The notes: generated by a model from the sequence alone, not told the origin. Shown: positions 48,177-58,563, numbered from the stretch's first letter. The stretch: 64,000 nucleotides of DNA from Bdellovibrionales bacterium (GCA_041690295.1 JAWLHR010000010.1:43580-107579); one strand, 5' to 3'. Made by a program: numbers and translations.

Positions 48177-49964
48177 ATGCATCGCCGTTATAAAATTCAG
48201 CCCACGGTTTTGTTTCCTAAACTTCGCTTGGCCGCCGCCCTGCGGGACTGTTTGAAAAGGGGATATTCGTTCGATGATCTTCGCGCGGACGTGATGTCCG
48301 GCGTGGTGGTTGGAATGGTGGCGGTTCCTTTGGGAATGGCATTGGCCATTGCCAGCGGTGTCGCGCCTCAATACGGACTGTACACGGTGATCATCGGTGG
48401 CGCGATCGTGGCCTTGCTCGGCGGCTCCCGATTTCAGGTGACGGGGCCGACCGCCGCATTCGTGGTCGTGCTCGCGCCGATCGTGCAGAAGTTCGGCTTC
48501 GCCGGTCTTTTGATGGCCGGTTTGATGGCGGGTATCATGCTGGTCTTCATGGGAATCGCCCGAATGGGCCGCTTGATTCAGTTCGTCCCTTATCCGGTTT
48601 CAACGGGCTTCACGTCGGGCATCGCGGTGGTGATCGGAACTCTGCAATTCAAAGACTTTTTCGGACTCGACGTTCCTCATCTGCCCGAAAGTTTTCTGGG
48701 TAAAGTGGTGGCGCTGTTTCAGGCGCGAGGGACGATTTCCCTCACTGAGCTGGGTGTGGGCGTGTGCACCTTGGCGCTTTTGATTTTTTGGCCGCGTTTT
48801 AACAAAAGAATTCCGGCGCCGATCGTGGCCATGGTGATCATTTCGCTGGCCGTGGTGATCGTGCGTCGGTTTTTTCCCGACTTGGATGTGATCACTTTGG
48901 GAAGCCGCTTTTCCTATGATGTGGCGGGAGTGAAGGGGCACGGCATTCCGCGAATTCCGCCCCAATTCAATTGGCCATGGAACTTCATCGGCGGCGACGG
49001 AAAAGTTTTTGTCTTCAGCATCGAGGCTCTCCAGGCGATCGTGCCCGGCGCGTTCGCCATTGCCATGCTGGGCGCGATCGAATCCTTGCTCTCGGCGGTG
49101 GTGGCGGACGGAATGGCGCACACCAAGCACGATCCGGATGCGGAGCTGGTCGCGCTGGGAATTGGCAATATCCTTTGTCCGTTCTTCGGCGGCGTGCCGG
49201 CCACCGGAGCGATCGCGCGAACGGCGACGAATATTCGCTTCGGCGCCCGCTCGCCCCTTTCAGCGGTGATTCACGCTCTGTTCACCTTATTCGTTATTCT
49301 TCTGTTCGCGCCTCTAGTGTCTTATCTTCCCATGGCGGCTTTGGCCGCGCTTTTGATCCTGGTGGCGTACAATATGTCGGAGTTAACCCATTTCACGCAC
49401 ATCCTTCGCGTCGCGCCCCGAAGCGATGTCACCGTTTTACTGATCTGTTTCACTTTGACGATTCTGTTCGACATGGTGGTCGGTGTGATGGTGGGTGTGG
49501 TTCTCGCGGCCTTACTTTTTATGCGGAGAATGGCGGAGGTCACCGAGGGACACAAGCTTTCCACCGGTTCGTTGAAATCGGTGACCAGTAAATCGATTCC
49601 TCAGGATGTGGTCATTTATGAAATCGAAGGCCCATTGTTTTTCGGTGCGGCCGAGAAGGCGGCCGAAACTTTGGCGGACATCACCGACAATATCCGTGGT
49701 GTGATCTTTTTAATGCGCGATGTGCCGGCCATGGATGTCACGGGACTCGTGGCCTTTGAGAGCGCGCTCAAGAAACTCTGCAATGGCGAACGTAAAATCT
49801 GTCTGGTCGGACTTCGTCCGCAACCGAAAGAGTTGATCACGCGCTCGGGCATCGCGGCATCAAAGCCGGAAATCATGATGACGGACACGGTGGACATGGC
49901 GTTGGACATTATGGTGGAAGCATCGATTTCGTTGCCTCAAACCACCGGTGTTCTCACGACATAG
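48177..49964 (+). CDS. dauA: SulP family transporter with STAS domain (DauA-like)
   Basis: PLGMALAIASGV.PQYGLYT, GPTAAFVV, ATGAIART, GPLFFGAA. Confidence 0.85.
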   Translation: MHRRYKIQPTVLFPKLRLAAALRDCLKRGYSFDDLRADVMSGVVVGMVAVPLGMALAIASGVAPQYGLYTVIIGGAIVALLGGSRFQVTGPTAAFVVVLAPIVQKFGFAGLLMAGLMAGIMLVFMGIARMGRLIQFVPYPVSTGFTSGIAVVIGTLQFKDFFGLDVPHLPESFLGKVVALFQARGTISLTELGVGVCTLALLIFWPRFNKRIPAPIVAMVIISLAVVIVRRFFPDLDVITLGSRFSYDVAGVKGHGIPRIPPQFNWPWNFIGGDGKVFVFSIEALQAIVPGAFAIAMLGAIESLLSAVVADGMAHTKHDPDAELVALGIGNILCPFFGGVPATGAIARTATNIRFGARSPLSAVIHALFTLFVILLFAPLVSYLPMAALAALLILVAYNMSELTHFTHILRVAPRSDVTVLLICFTLTILFDMVVGVMVGVVLAALLFMRRMAEVTEGHKLSTGSLKSVTSKSIPQDVVIYEIEGPLFFGAAEKAAETLADITDNIRGVIFLMRDVPAMDVTGLVAFESALKKLCNGERKICLVGLRPQPKELITRSGIAASKPEIMMTDTVDMALDIMVEASISLPQTTGVLTT

Positions 49965-50101
49965 CGGAGGCTAGAAGTCGCCACTGGCTCTTTCCGCCGC
50001 ATCGGCGGGACTAGATTACTGTCGGCGTTTCCTTTTTATAAGGAATGTACTGCTCCAACCGCGTTTGAAATCACCTTCGTTTTCCTATAGTTTCGTGGCA
50101 A

Positions 50102-51580
50102 GTGCCTGAGTTTGGATTTGAGTCACTGGCCATTGTTCTTCTCGCGGGTTCACTTCTTTTAGTCCTCTCGGTCCTCGCCAGCCGGATTTCCTCGAAATTT
50201 GGCGTGCCTTCACTGCTTTTATTTCTTGGCATCGGAATGCTGGCGGGAACGGACGGGCCGGGCGGGATTGAGTTTGACAACTACCATCTCGCGTTCGCGG
50301 TCGGTTGCGTTTGTCTGGCGCTGATCTTGTTTGACGGCGGGATACGAACATCGTGGGAGAGTGTTCGTCCCATTCTCGGGTGGGGGATATCGCTGTCGGT
50401 TTTAGGTACGATCATCACCGCGGTTTTGACCGCGGGCTTCGCCCACTACATATTGAACATCTCCTGGCTCGACGGTTTTTTGCTGGGCGCGATCGTGTCG
50501 TCAACCGATGTGGCGGCCGTATTTGGAATATTGAGAGCCCGGAATATCGGTCTTAGAAGTTCGCTGAAGCAACTTCTGGAGTTCGAAGCCGGAAGCAATG
50601 ATCCAACGTCGATATTTTTAACCGTGAGCGTGATTGTTTTCACTGTCGCCGAACAAACCCGCGCGTCGGGTTTTATTCTCAGCTTTGTGCAAGAGGCGGG
50701 GCTTGGATTCGCGGGCGGGTGGCTGGGCGGCCGCTTGAGCCGCTGGATCATTAACACCATCGGAATTGAATACGAAGGCTTGTACAGCGTTTTGACTTTG
50801 GGATTGTCCCTTCTGGTCTTCGCCTTCACCACGGCCATTCACGGCAGCGGATTTTTGGCCGCCTACGTGATGGGGATGATTCTTGGAAATTCGGATCTCT
50901 TGCATAAAGGGAGTATCGTTCGCTTTCAGGACGGGGTCGCATGGATTTCGCAGATTCTCGTGTTCCTCACGTTGGGCCTTTTGGTGGCTCCGTCCCAGGT
51001 GATCGCGCTGTGGCGGGAGGGCATCGTTCTTTCATTGTTTTTGATGTTGTTGGCGCGCCCGATCGCCGTTTTCATCTGCATGGCGGGGTCGCCGTTTTCC
51101 TGGAATGAACGTTTTTTTGTTTCCTGGGTGGGGCTAAGAGGTGCGGCACCGATCATCCTGGCCACTCTTCCCCTGAGTGTCGGGTATCCGAGCGCGCAGT
51201 TTTATTTCAACCTGGTTTTCTTTGTCGTCGTTCTTTCCGTGATCACGCAAGGGATCAGTATTCCATGGATGGCGGCGAAGCTCGGCGTCTCGATTCCCAT
51301 GACCGAGGAGCCCGAGGAACAACTGCCTTCGGGCCTCTTACCGGAAGGTTTCATTTCGGTGGAATTCGAAGTGGTCGAGAACTCCCAGGCGGATCGCCAG
51401 AGGATCGTTCAATTGCATCTTCCCTCAGGTGTCCTTCTCACCAGCGTCAAGCGTGACGGCCGTTATTTGGTTCCCCGTGGTGATACCATGCTGGCGGCCG
51501 GTGATCGCGTGTGGGGTTTTGCGCGCCCGAGTAATCTTGAATTCTTGCGAAGGCTTTTCGGTCAGTCGTCGCCGGCCTAG
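50102..51580 (+). CDS. cvrA: K+/H+ antiporter with TrkA-C domain
   Basis: LILFDGG, SSTDVAAVF, EAGSNDP, WVGLRGAAPI, C-terminal RCK_C. Confidence 0.85.
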   Translation: MPEFGFESLAIVLLAGSLLLVLSVLASRISSKFGVPSLLLFLGIGMLAGTDGPGGIEFDNYHLAFAVGCVCLALILFDGGIRTSWESVRPILGWGISLSVLGTIITAVLTAGFAHYILNISWLDGFLLGAIVSSTDVAAVFGILRARNIGLRSSLKQLLEFEAGSNDPTSIFLTVSVIVFTVAEQTRASGFILSFVQEAGLGFAGGWLGGRLSRWIINTIGIEYEGLYSVLTLGLSLLVFAFTTAIHGSGFLAAYVMGMILGNSDLLHKGSIVRFQDGVAWISQILVFLTLGLLVAPSQVIALWREGIVLSLFLMLLARPIAVFICMAGSPFSWNERFFVSWVGLRGAAPIILATLPLSVGYPSAQFYFNLVFFVVVLSVITQGISIPWMAAKLGVSIPMTEEPEEQLPSGLLPEGFISVEFEVVENSQADRQRIVQLHLPSGVLLTSVKRDGRYLVPRGDTMLAAGDRVWGFARPSNLEFLRRLFGQSSPA

Positions 51581-51757
51581 CCGGCATAAACGAAATTGCG
51601 CGATGTACAATGGGTGCCCTTTGTACATCGCGGCATCGGCCAAACCAATCGCGTGGAGCCGCGAACCAATGCGATCAAGTGAATGCCAGTGAATTCAGAA
51701 AGATCGGAATCAAGCAACTTGTGTAATTAAAGAAATGGAACAGGAGTGAGCAAACAT

Positions 51758-51833
51758 TGGAGCGGGAGACGGGGCTCAAACCCGCGACCTTCGCCTTGGC
51801 AAGGCGACGCTCTATCAACTGAGCTACTCCCGC
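51758..51833 (-). tRNA. tRNA-Gly (GCC)
   Basis: Reverse complement GCGGGAGTAGCTCAGTTGATAGAGCG..CTTGCCAAG..CTCCCGCTCCA; 76 nt with encoded CCA. Confidence 0.96.
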
Positions 51834-51892
51834 GGCCTTAAAGAAGAAATAGTTATAGGGGCATCTTCCGATTCAAGTCAACGCCCCAAAAA

Positions 51893-53299
51893 TCAATTCT
51901 TTGAACCGGAAGGAACCGTCTCGGCACTGGCTTGGGTCTTAAGCTTTTTGATTTCCGCGTTTTCCAGCATGTGCGAGATCAGGTACTCCCCCTTGGGGGT
52001 CCGGCCAAAAAAGATCCAGCGGCGGTCGAATTGAAGGGGCAGCGTCAATGGCTGGGCGGAAATGGCCACGGATTGAATCAGCTGTCCCTTGTTGGGCGTG
52101 AACATACAAAAATTACGGTTCGAGCAGGCGCTCCAAATGGTCCATCCCTTATGCAACCAGTCCATTTTGTATTCTTCGATATGTTTGCCGCTCAGCCGAA
52201 CGGACCATGTATCCGTCAACGGGCTTTTATTCGTGGAGTTGTATGTCCAGGCCAATTTTCCGGTTTTGAAATCAATCGCGGCGATTTCGCCACCAAGCAT
52301 TTGCAGCGTCACCCGGTTGGCCATTGGGGTGTAGGTGGGAGAGCCGGCCGGGGATTTTTCCAGCTCCACTTCCCATTCCACCTTTCCTTTACGATTCACA
52401 TCCAGTTTCAAAACTTTCGCGCCAAGGGTGGCCACGAGAATGTCATTCTCAACCACGGTCGCGGGGCCTTTGATCGGCTCAGTCAAGGTTTGTGACCATT
52501 CGATTTTCCAGCGCTCGGTATCCAGGGCGTAAACTTTATTTTCCGCGGTCAGAATCAAAGTTTTTTTGCCCGGCCCCTTGGACACCATGAAGCCTGGCTT
52601 CACATCGATCTTCGGAACTTTCTCATTCAGCTTGCCGTCGGTCCGCCGGATCAGCATCCACTCCGAAGTGCGCTTTCCTTTGACCGGGATCACCACGTGA
52701 TCTTGCCAAATAAATGGTTCGGCAATGGCTTCTTTATCCACGTTCGTCAGCCAGCGCAGGGATCCATCGCTTTTTCTGATACCGAGAATTTCACCGCTCG
52801 GGTGAATCGCGTAAACTGAATCTTCATCCAGGAGAGCCGGCCACAGTTTGGTGCCGGGCTTCATGTCCGCCAATTTGAATTTCCAGCGCAATTCACCTTC
52901 CAGACTGACACTGACCAGCCAGGGCGAAGCGCCGGTTAAATAAAATCCACTGGAGTCTTGCGCGATATTCTCGATTTCGAAGCCTTCGAGTCCGTGTTGA
53001 ACGGGGAAGGTCTGATATTCCACATAATCTTTGTATCTGGGTGCTCCTAAAGGATCGACACCCGATCTTTGAAAATCAAAACGATAAAAGTGGGTCTGCG
53101 CGGTGATTTTACCGCCGCTCATTCCCTGCGCCGGAATGGTGAGCAAGTCCAGTGAATCGCTTCGGCTCATGGACGCGCGCAGCTCCTGGTCGGAGTAAAG
53201 ATAGGGGTTACCCGAGAAAAGCAGGTAAACCACGGCGCCGCAATACACGATAAAGAGCAGAAGCCAGTACCACTTTACATGTCTTGAGTCATAGTCCAT
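51893..53299 (-). CDS. PQQ-like beta-propeller repeat protein with N-terminal TM
   Basis: Repeated G.L.W motifs (GELRW, GSLRW, GKVEW, GKLAW). Confidence 0.8.
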   Translation of the reverse strand: MDYDSRHVKWYWLLLFIVYCGAVVYLLFSGNPYLYSDQELRASMSRSDSLDLLTIPAQGMSGGKITAQTHFYRFDFQRSGVDPLGAPRYKDYVEYQTFPVQHGLEGFEIENIAQDSSGFYLTGASPWLVSVSLEGELRWKFKLADMKPGTKLWPALLDEDSVYAIHPSGEILGIRKSDGSLRWLTNVDKEAIAEPFIWQDHVVIPVKGKRTSEWMLIRRTDGKLNEKVPKIDVKPGFMVSKGPGKKTLILTAENKVYALDTERWKIEWSQTLTEPIKGPATVVENDILVATLGAKVLKLDVNRKGKVEWEVELEKSPAGSPTYTPMANRVTLQMLGGEIAAIDFKTGKLAWTYNSTNKSPLTDTWSVRLSGKHIEEYKMDWLHKGWTIWSACSNRNFCMFTPNKGQLIQSVAISAQPLTLPLQFDRRWIFFGRTPKGEYLISHMLENAEIKKLKTQASAETVPSGSKN

Positions 53300-54504
53300 T
53301 TGACCTCATTCAAATTCTTAAATGTCAGGGCCGGTGAACAAAAATCCCTCACCTCAAACGCCCTGAAAATGGAGTTGTCGCGAAAACTCCGGATGTCCAT
53401 CGCACTGCTTAAGGTGATGAAATCCGGGTCACTCGCCAGTTGCGAACACATCGCCTTTAAGTCCAAAAACCGCATGTAGATGTTGCATAACATGGCCGGC
53501 TGTCGCGCCATTTGCGGTTCCACTTCGATTTGTTCGACCCGTTTTTTGTAAATGGCGAACGTTCGTTGATCACATTCTTCCTGCGCCGCCTCGGGATGAA
53601 GTGCCCAAACATCCAGGATCCGTTTGACCGTCGAGGTGCGCTCCAAATTTAAAAACGGAGTGAGTTGGGCCGTCCAAAACAGCGCCAACAAAATTCCGCC
53701 TAAAACGAACGAAGGCTCCGGACGGATAAAGGATTGATAAATGTACTCGCGTTCTTGTTTGCGGCGTTCAAGATCTTCGAAAAGGATGTAAAGCAGGGCG
53801 CCCAATCCGGTCGACGCGGCCAAAAGTTCGCCGATGTAAAGCTGCGTGCATTCAAAGAAGAAAAGCAGGATCCAACCGGACCAAAAATAGCGGGCATCAC
53901 GGAATAAAAGAGTCACGCTGCCGATCATTTGCACCAAAAGACTGAGAGCCGCGAACCACTCCGCGAGCTTAATGGGCACATTGATGTGTTCCCGGTACCA
54001 GTTCCCGCTCAACCAATCGGGCGAAGCCTGCGACAGGCCGCGAGCGGCGAAGAACGAAACAATCAGCCAGCGCATGACGCGGTTCTTGGAGGGAACCAAC
54101 AAGTAACTGAAGGAAAGAAAAAAGATAAAATAACCTTCATTCGAACTTAAGCGGAGATCCTGAAAATAAAGGACGATCCCGCAGAAAAAACCGACCAACA
54201 TGAGATAGTAGCCGAAGGCGATGAATTCCGTGAGCAAGAGGATCACGGCCGCCACGGCCATCACGACCGCATAGGAGTAATACAGGAAAGTGAGAATGCC
54301 GGCGGGGATGATTCGCATCCATTCGCAGTTTTCAAACCAGGACCAGCACATCGGCTGGCCTTGCATCACGAATTTCAAAGGCAGGTTGCCGTCATCCCAC
54401 CACAGATAAAAATTCAAAATGTGAAAAAGCGCGAGCAACGCGCCCAATGTGCGAAGCGAACCTGACTTTTTGATTTCCCAAATGTTGGCGCGTATATAAT
54501 CCAT
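53275..54504 (-). CDS. Polytopic membrane protein with Cys-containing C-terminal domain
   Basis: 409 aa with many hydrophobic helices; overlaps the propeller gene. Confidence 0.7.
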   Translation of the reverse strand: MDYIRANIWEIKKSGSLRTLGALLALFHILNFYLWWDDGNLPLKFVMQGQPMCWSWFENCEWMRIIPAGILTFLYYSYAVVMAVAAVILLLTEFIAFGYYLMLVGFFCGIVLYFQDLRLSSNEGYFIFFLSFSYLLVPSKNRVMRWLIVSFFAARGLSQASPDWLSGNWYREHINVPIKLAEWFAALSLLVQMIGSVTLLFRDARYFWSGWILLFFFECTQLYIGELLAASTGLGALLYILFEDLERRKQEREYIYQSFIRPEPSFVLGGILLALFWTAQLTPFLNLERTSTVKRILDVWALHPEAAQEECDQRTFAIYKKRVEQIEVEPQMARQPAMLCNIYMRFLDLKAMCSQLASDPDFITLSSAMDIRSFRDNSIFRAFEVRDFCSPALTFKNLNEVKWTMTQDM

Positions 54505-54568
54505 GAGTAAGTCTCACAATCTTTCAATAGATGGGGATTCTGTAAACCTGTGAAGCATCGCAATAGGT

Positions 54569-55117
54569 TCAACGACTTCGGTAGTAACCAAGCGTGTATT
54601 CCACCCCCGAAATCAAACTCAAACCGACACTGACCCAAAGGAAGTAATAGCCGATATCGGCGAGAGGTAATCCGAACAGGGGTTCGTAAATCAGTAAACA
54701 GGGAATCGCCACCATTTGGAAAACAGTTTTCCATTTTCCAAAGGGCTTGGCGGCGATGATGATGTTGTTGGCCGCGGCCACCGATCGAATGCCGCCGATG
54801 AAAATGTCGCGCGCGAGAAATAAAAAGACCATCACGGGATCCACGCGTCCCATGGCGAGCAACATAACAATCGCGCCCAACACCAGAATTTTATCGGCGA
54901 TGGGATCCATCAGTCGGCCCATATTGCTTTCAACGCCGTATTTTCGTGCGAGCGCCCCATCCCACCAGTCCGTCAGTGAGCCTAAAATGAAGAGTCCGGC
55001 CGAGGTCCAGCCCGCCCATGTCCATCCCGACATCAAAATGCCGAGAATGACCGGCGCCAAAAGCGCCCGCAAGTAGGTCAGGATGGTGGGAAGATTGTGT
55101 TTCCAATTGGAACTCAT
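54569..55117 (-). CDS. pgsA: CDP-diacylglycerol--glycerol-3-phosphate 3-phosphatidyltransferase
   Basis: TDWWDGALAR..G..MDPIADK; GKWKT. Confidence 0.93.
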   Translation of the reverse strand: MSSNWKHNLPTILTYLRALLAPVILGILMSGWTWAGWTSAGLFILGSLTDWWDGALARKYGVESNMGRLMDPIADKILVLGAIVMLLAMGRVDPVMVFLFLARDIFIGGIRSVAAANNIIIAAKPFGKWKTVFQMVAIPCLLIYEPLFGLPLADIGYYFLWVSVGLSLISGVEYTLGYYRSR

Positions 55118-55134
55118 TTAAAATCTATATCTCG

Positions 55135-55734
55135 ATGTCGTGGCTATTTCTAGCATTGATTGCGGGTAACTTGGCAAAGGCCGAACTGCCGTTTTGGCGG
55201 GCCAAGGAACGCGTTTACGAACGCATCCAATCCCGCGAGATTATTGTCTCCGTAAAGAACAAAAAAGCGTCAGCGGATAAAAAAAACCAATTGACTATTT
55301 CCGGTGGCGGGCAGGTGAGCGCGCCATGCGATTTTGTTTTTAAAGCCGCGCAAGACTACGAAAAGGTGGCGCTCGCCAGCGGGTATGTCGAGCGCGCCCA
55401 GTATAAAGATCAGACTTTGAAAGTGACGCTCGCGGCCTATGGCTACCGCTCGAACCTCGAAATTGAAGTCAAGGCCGGTGAGGCGCGCGATCTGAATTTC
55501 AAAATCCTTAAAGGGCCGATGCACGGAATGGCCGGGAAGTTTGACTTCATAACGACGTCCAAGCCAAAGCGGTGCGATGTCGGCATTGAAGGCGAGTACA
55601 CGTATGCAAGCTTTCCGGTTCCTGAGTTCTTTTTACGTTTCGGAATGGAAGTGATGCTGCAGCGGATGGCCGGACGGATCCGGGCCTATGCGGAAGAGCG
55701 ATTCAGCGAAAAAGGGGTGAACGATGAGGCATGA
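55135..55734 (+). CDS. Exported START/SRPBCC-like hypothetical protein
   Basis: Short signal-like N-terminus; helix-grip-like pattern; coupled to downstream genes. Confidence 0.55.
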   Translation: MSWLFLALIAGNLAKAELPFWRAKERVYERIQSREIIVSVKNKKASADKKNQLTISGGGQVSAPCDFVFKAAQDYEKVALASGYVERAQYKDQTLKVTLAAYGYRSNLEIEVKAGEARDLNFKILKGPMHGMAGKFDFITTSKPKRCDVGIEGEYTYASFPVPEFFLRFGMEVMLQRMAGRIRAYAEERFSEKGVNDEA

Positions 55735-56347
55735 TCAAAGGCGTTATCCTCGGGTGCAGGTGCAAACGGAAATTGCCGAATGCCGGGGTGAATTGGCGGC
55801 GCAAATGACCTGGCCGAACTTGGAAATGAGTTCGATCACCGATTTGAGTTATCGCGGAGCCGCGGCCTTGCGTCCCGCCCTATTTCCCTTCGCCGCCCAA
55901 CAGATGGTTGAGCTTCACGTGGCTTTGGGATTGGCACCGTCGTTTAAAACCATGGCGCGAATCGTCTGGTTCAATTTGGAAATGGTGGGCGTGGAGTTCA
56001 ACGACCTGCCGCCCGAAGGCCATCTGGCGATGACGGAATATTTGGACGCGAAACTTTTAGGACAGTCGCTCAGACCCGTGCAGAGCCAATTGATCCACGG
56101 CGGGGTGACGTTTGATCAGTGGCTGCATGGTCCCGGTGACACCAGCGTGTTCGTATGGATGAAAAATCCGGTTTTGATCGATCAAGTGCACGTGGATATC
56201 GGGGATCAAGCGGTCCAATTCGTGCGCGACCGGAAAATAACTTCACTGACTTCGGCTCAGCGCAAGGCGCTTCTGATTCTTTCACAGATGGACAAACCCG
56301 ATCTGCCTATGAAAGAATTCGTGCGCTCAATCGTAACCGGAGTGTGA
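55724..56347 (+). CDS. PilZ domain protein
   Basis: RRYPR and DLSYRG c-di-GMP-binding motifs. Confidence 0.85.
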   Translation: MRHDQRRYPRVQVQTEIAECRGELAAQMTWPNLEMSSITDLSYRGAAALRPALFPFAAQQMVELHVALGLAPSFKTMARIVWFNLEMVGVEFNDLPPEGHLAMTEYLDAKLLGQSLRPVQSQLIHGGVTFDQWLHGPGDTSVFVWMKNPVLIDQVHVDIGDQAVQFVRDRKITSLTSAQRKALLILSQMDKPDLPMKEFVRSIVTGV

Positions 56348-56778
56348 ATTTGTCCGATGCCCCTTTTGTTTACGAAAGACGAGTGGCGTTCTCCGACACG
56401 GACGCCATGCGTGTCGCTCATCATGCCAACTACTTACGCTATTGCGAAGAGGCCCGCGTGGCCTGGATGCGGGCGCGTGATCTGGCCTCGGAGCATTTTC
56501 CCCGCGCCGATCGGGTTTTAGCTCTGATTCGCTATCAAGTCTGGCATATGCGTCCTTGTTATTTTGATGACCTCTTGCACATCCATCTTCAGGTGCGGCG
56601 TGAAAGGTTGAAGATTCACTTCCAGTATGCCATCTACAAGGGCGACGAACGCATCGCCGAGGCGGAAACCGTTCATGCGCCGGTGGATAGCTCCTTGAAA
56701 CCGGTCCGTCCCAGTCGCGCGTTCATCGAAACACTGGAGAAAGAAAAATGGACAGAAACCTGGCTCTTGAATTCGTAA
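56344..56778 (+). CDS. Acyl-CoA thioesterase (YbgC/FadM family)
   Basis: GTGA coupling; DTDAM.VAHHANYLRYCEEAR. Confidence 0.88.
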   Translation: MNLSDAPFVYERRVAFSDTDAMRVAHHANYLRYCEEARVAWMRARDLASEHFPRADRVLALIRYQVWHMRPCYFDDLLHIHLQVRRERLKIHFQYAIYKGDERIAEAETVHAPVDSSLKPVRPSRAFIETLEKEKWTETWLLNS

Positions 56779-57710
56779 GGATCACCGAAGCGGCCGCCCT
56801 GGCCAGCGCCCGTTTCATGGGGCGCGGTGACGAAAAGGCCGCGGACCAAGCGGCTGTCGATGCCATGCGTAAAGCGTTCGACTCCGTCAATATAGATGGC
56901 GTTGTGGTGATCGGCGAGGGCGAGCGGGATGAGGCCCCCATGCTTTACATCGGTGAAAAGGTGGGGCGACGAGGCCCGGATTCACCGCCCATCGACATTG
57001 CGCTCGATCCCCTAGAAGGAACCACCATTTGCGCCACGGGTGGCGTGGGCTCCATTTCGGTGATCGCGGTCGCGGAGCGAGGTAATTTTCTTCACGCACC
57101 CGACACCTATATGGACAAAATCGCTTGCGGTCCCCGGGCCCGCGGCCGGATTTCCCTTGAGAAAACTCCGGAAGAAAACATTCGCGCCGTGGCCGACGTG
57201 CTTTGCAAGAAAGTCGAAGACGTAACGGTGGTGATCCTCGATCGGCCCCGCCATAAAGAGTTGATTGAGCGGGTTCGCCGTCTTGGGGCGCGCATTCGCC
57301 TGATCGGCGACGGCGATGTGTCCGCCGGGATCGCTCCGTGTTGGGAAGATTCAGGCATCGACTTGTTGCTCGGTATCGGTGGCGCGCCGGAAGGCGTGAT
57401 TACCGCGGCCGGAATCAAGTGCCTAGGCGGCGATTTCCAAGGGCGGTTGAAATTCCGCAATGATGGCGAGCGCGAGCGCGCGGCGAAGATGGGCCTTGAG
57501 GATTTGGACCGTGTGTTCACCCTGGAAGAACTCGCCAAGGGCTCCGTCATGTTCTGCGCCACGGGCGTCACCGACGGTCCTTTGCTCAAAGGTGTTCACA
57601 CTTTGCCGGGCAATCGGGCCCGCACCCACTCGATCGTGATGCGTTCACAAACCGGAACCGTGCGACGGGTTGAGGCCGAGCACAATTTCAATATCAAAGC
57701 GAAGGTTTAA
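56748..57710 (+). CDS. glpX: Fructose-1,6-bisphosphatase class II
   Basis: GEGERDEAPMLYIGE, DPLEGT, APDTYMDK, GGAPEGV, ATGVTDG. Confidence 0.97.
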   Translation: MDRNLALEFVRITEAAALASARFMGRGDEKAADQAAVDAMRKAFDSVNIDGVVVIGEGERDEAPMLYIGEKVGRRGPDSPPIDIALDPLEGTTICATGGVGSISVIAVAERGNFLHAPDTYMDKIACGPRARGRISLEKTPEENIRAVADVLCKKVEDVTVVILDRPRHKELIERVRRLGARIRLIGDGDVSAGIAPCWEDSGIDLLLGIGGAPEGVITAAGIKCLGGDFQGRLKFRNDGERERAAKMGLEDLDRVFTLEELAKGSVMFCATGVTDGPLLKGVHTLPGNRARTHSIVMRSQTGTVRRVEAEHNFNIKAKV

Positions 57711-57713
57711 GCA

Positions 57714-58007
57714 TTGGCCGTTGAACTCAAATGTTTTAATTGCGGCGAGCTGTTGAGCTTTCCTGATAAAGTCGGCCGCCGCGAAGAATGCCCGAAATGC
57801 CGAAGTGATGTGCATTGCTGTCGCAACTGCCGCTTCTATGATCCAAAAGTCTACAACGAATGCCGTGAACCCCAAGCCGAAGTGGTGCGCGAGAAGGATC
57901 GCGCCAACCACTGCGACTTTTTTCAGCCGGGCAGCGGCGAGGGCGGCAGCGGTAAATCCCGTGAAGATTTGTTGAAGGCCGCTGAAGCCCTGTTCAAAAA
58001 GAATTAG
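57714..58007 (+). CDS. Small Cys-rich (metal-binding) hypothetical protein
   Basis: CxxC..CxxC..CxxC..C..C. Confidence 0.75.
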   Translation: MAVELKCFNCGELLSFPDKVGRREECPKCRSDVHCCRNCRFYDPKVYNECREPQAEVVREKDRANHCDFFQPGSGEGGSGKSREDLLKAAEALFKKN

Positions 58008-58563
58008 CGCGCCTTTTTCGCGGGCTGATCAATGTTCTTAATGATCGCGGCGATGCGATGCAGGTTCGAAACCCAATCGGTCACAATCAATTGATTCGTT
58101 TGGGAGTAGGGAACCAATTCGCCGTCTCGCGAGGCCAAGATCCGCAACTGTTTATTTAAATCATCGGCCCGGGCATGTTTGAGATGAAAGATCATGGTGA
58201 CCATTTTCTCCGGCTTTAAGCTCGGCAGCTCGGTCATGACGTCGATTTTGTTCCTTTGAACCGCTCGGCCGGCATGACGACGAAAACATCTTCCTGCTTT
58301 GAAATGGCGAAGCTGTTCAGAGCCAGGGCCGAGGAAAGTTGATTGAACGCTTCATCCAGCGTCACGGGCTCGGCATTCAAGATCGTGGCTTTTCCCTTCA
58401 CGGTCTCATCGAAAATGAACTTTTGACCGCTGAGTTTGCTGTATTCTTCAATGACTTTGACCAGTTCAGTATTTTTGAAACTGAATTTGATTTTGTCAGG
58501 TGCCGCTTGCGCGACGAACGGCAAAAGAAGAATTAATCCGCAAATCATTCGTAACATATTCAT
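58004..58563 (-). pseudogene. Stand-alone secretin N-domain (GspD N0-N1-like) gene split by a 1-nt frameshift
   Basis: Signal peptide + N0 (FKNTELVKVI..SG..F.FD..VKG) in one frame; N1 (LKHARADDL..LVPYSQTNQLIVTD) in the next. Adding one C near 58267 gives continuous ..MPARAVQRNKIDVMTELP. Confidence 0.65.

Noticed and set aside
49965..50101. Riboswitch upstream of cvrA
   Set aside because: Only a short hairpin (TCCGCCG-CAT-CGGCGGG); no recognisable aptamer consensus
45387..51757. Genomic island integrated at tRNA-Gly
   Set aside because: No integrase, and I found no duplicated tRNA 3' end (att) by eye
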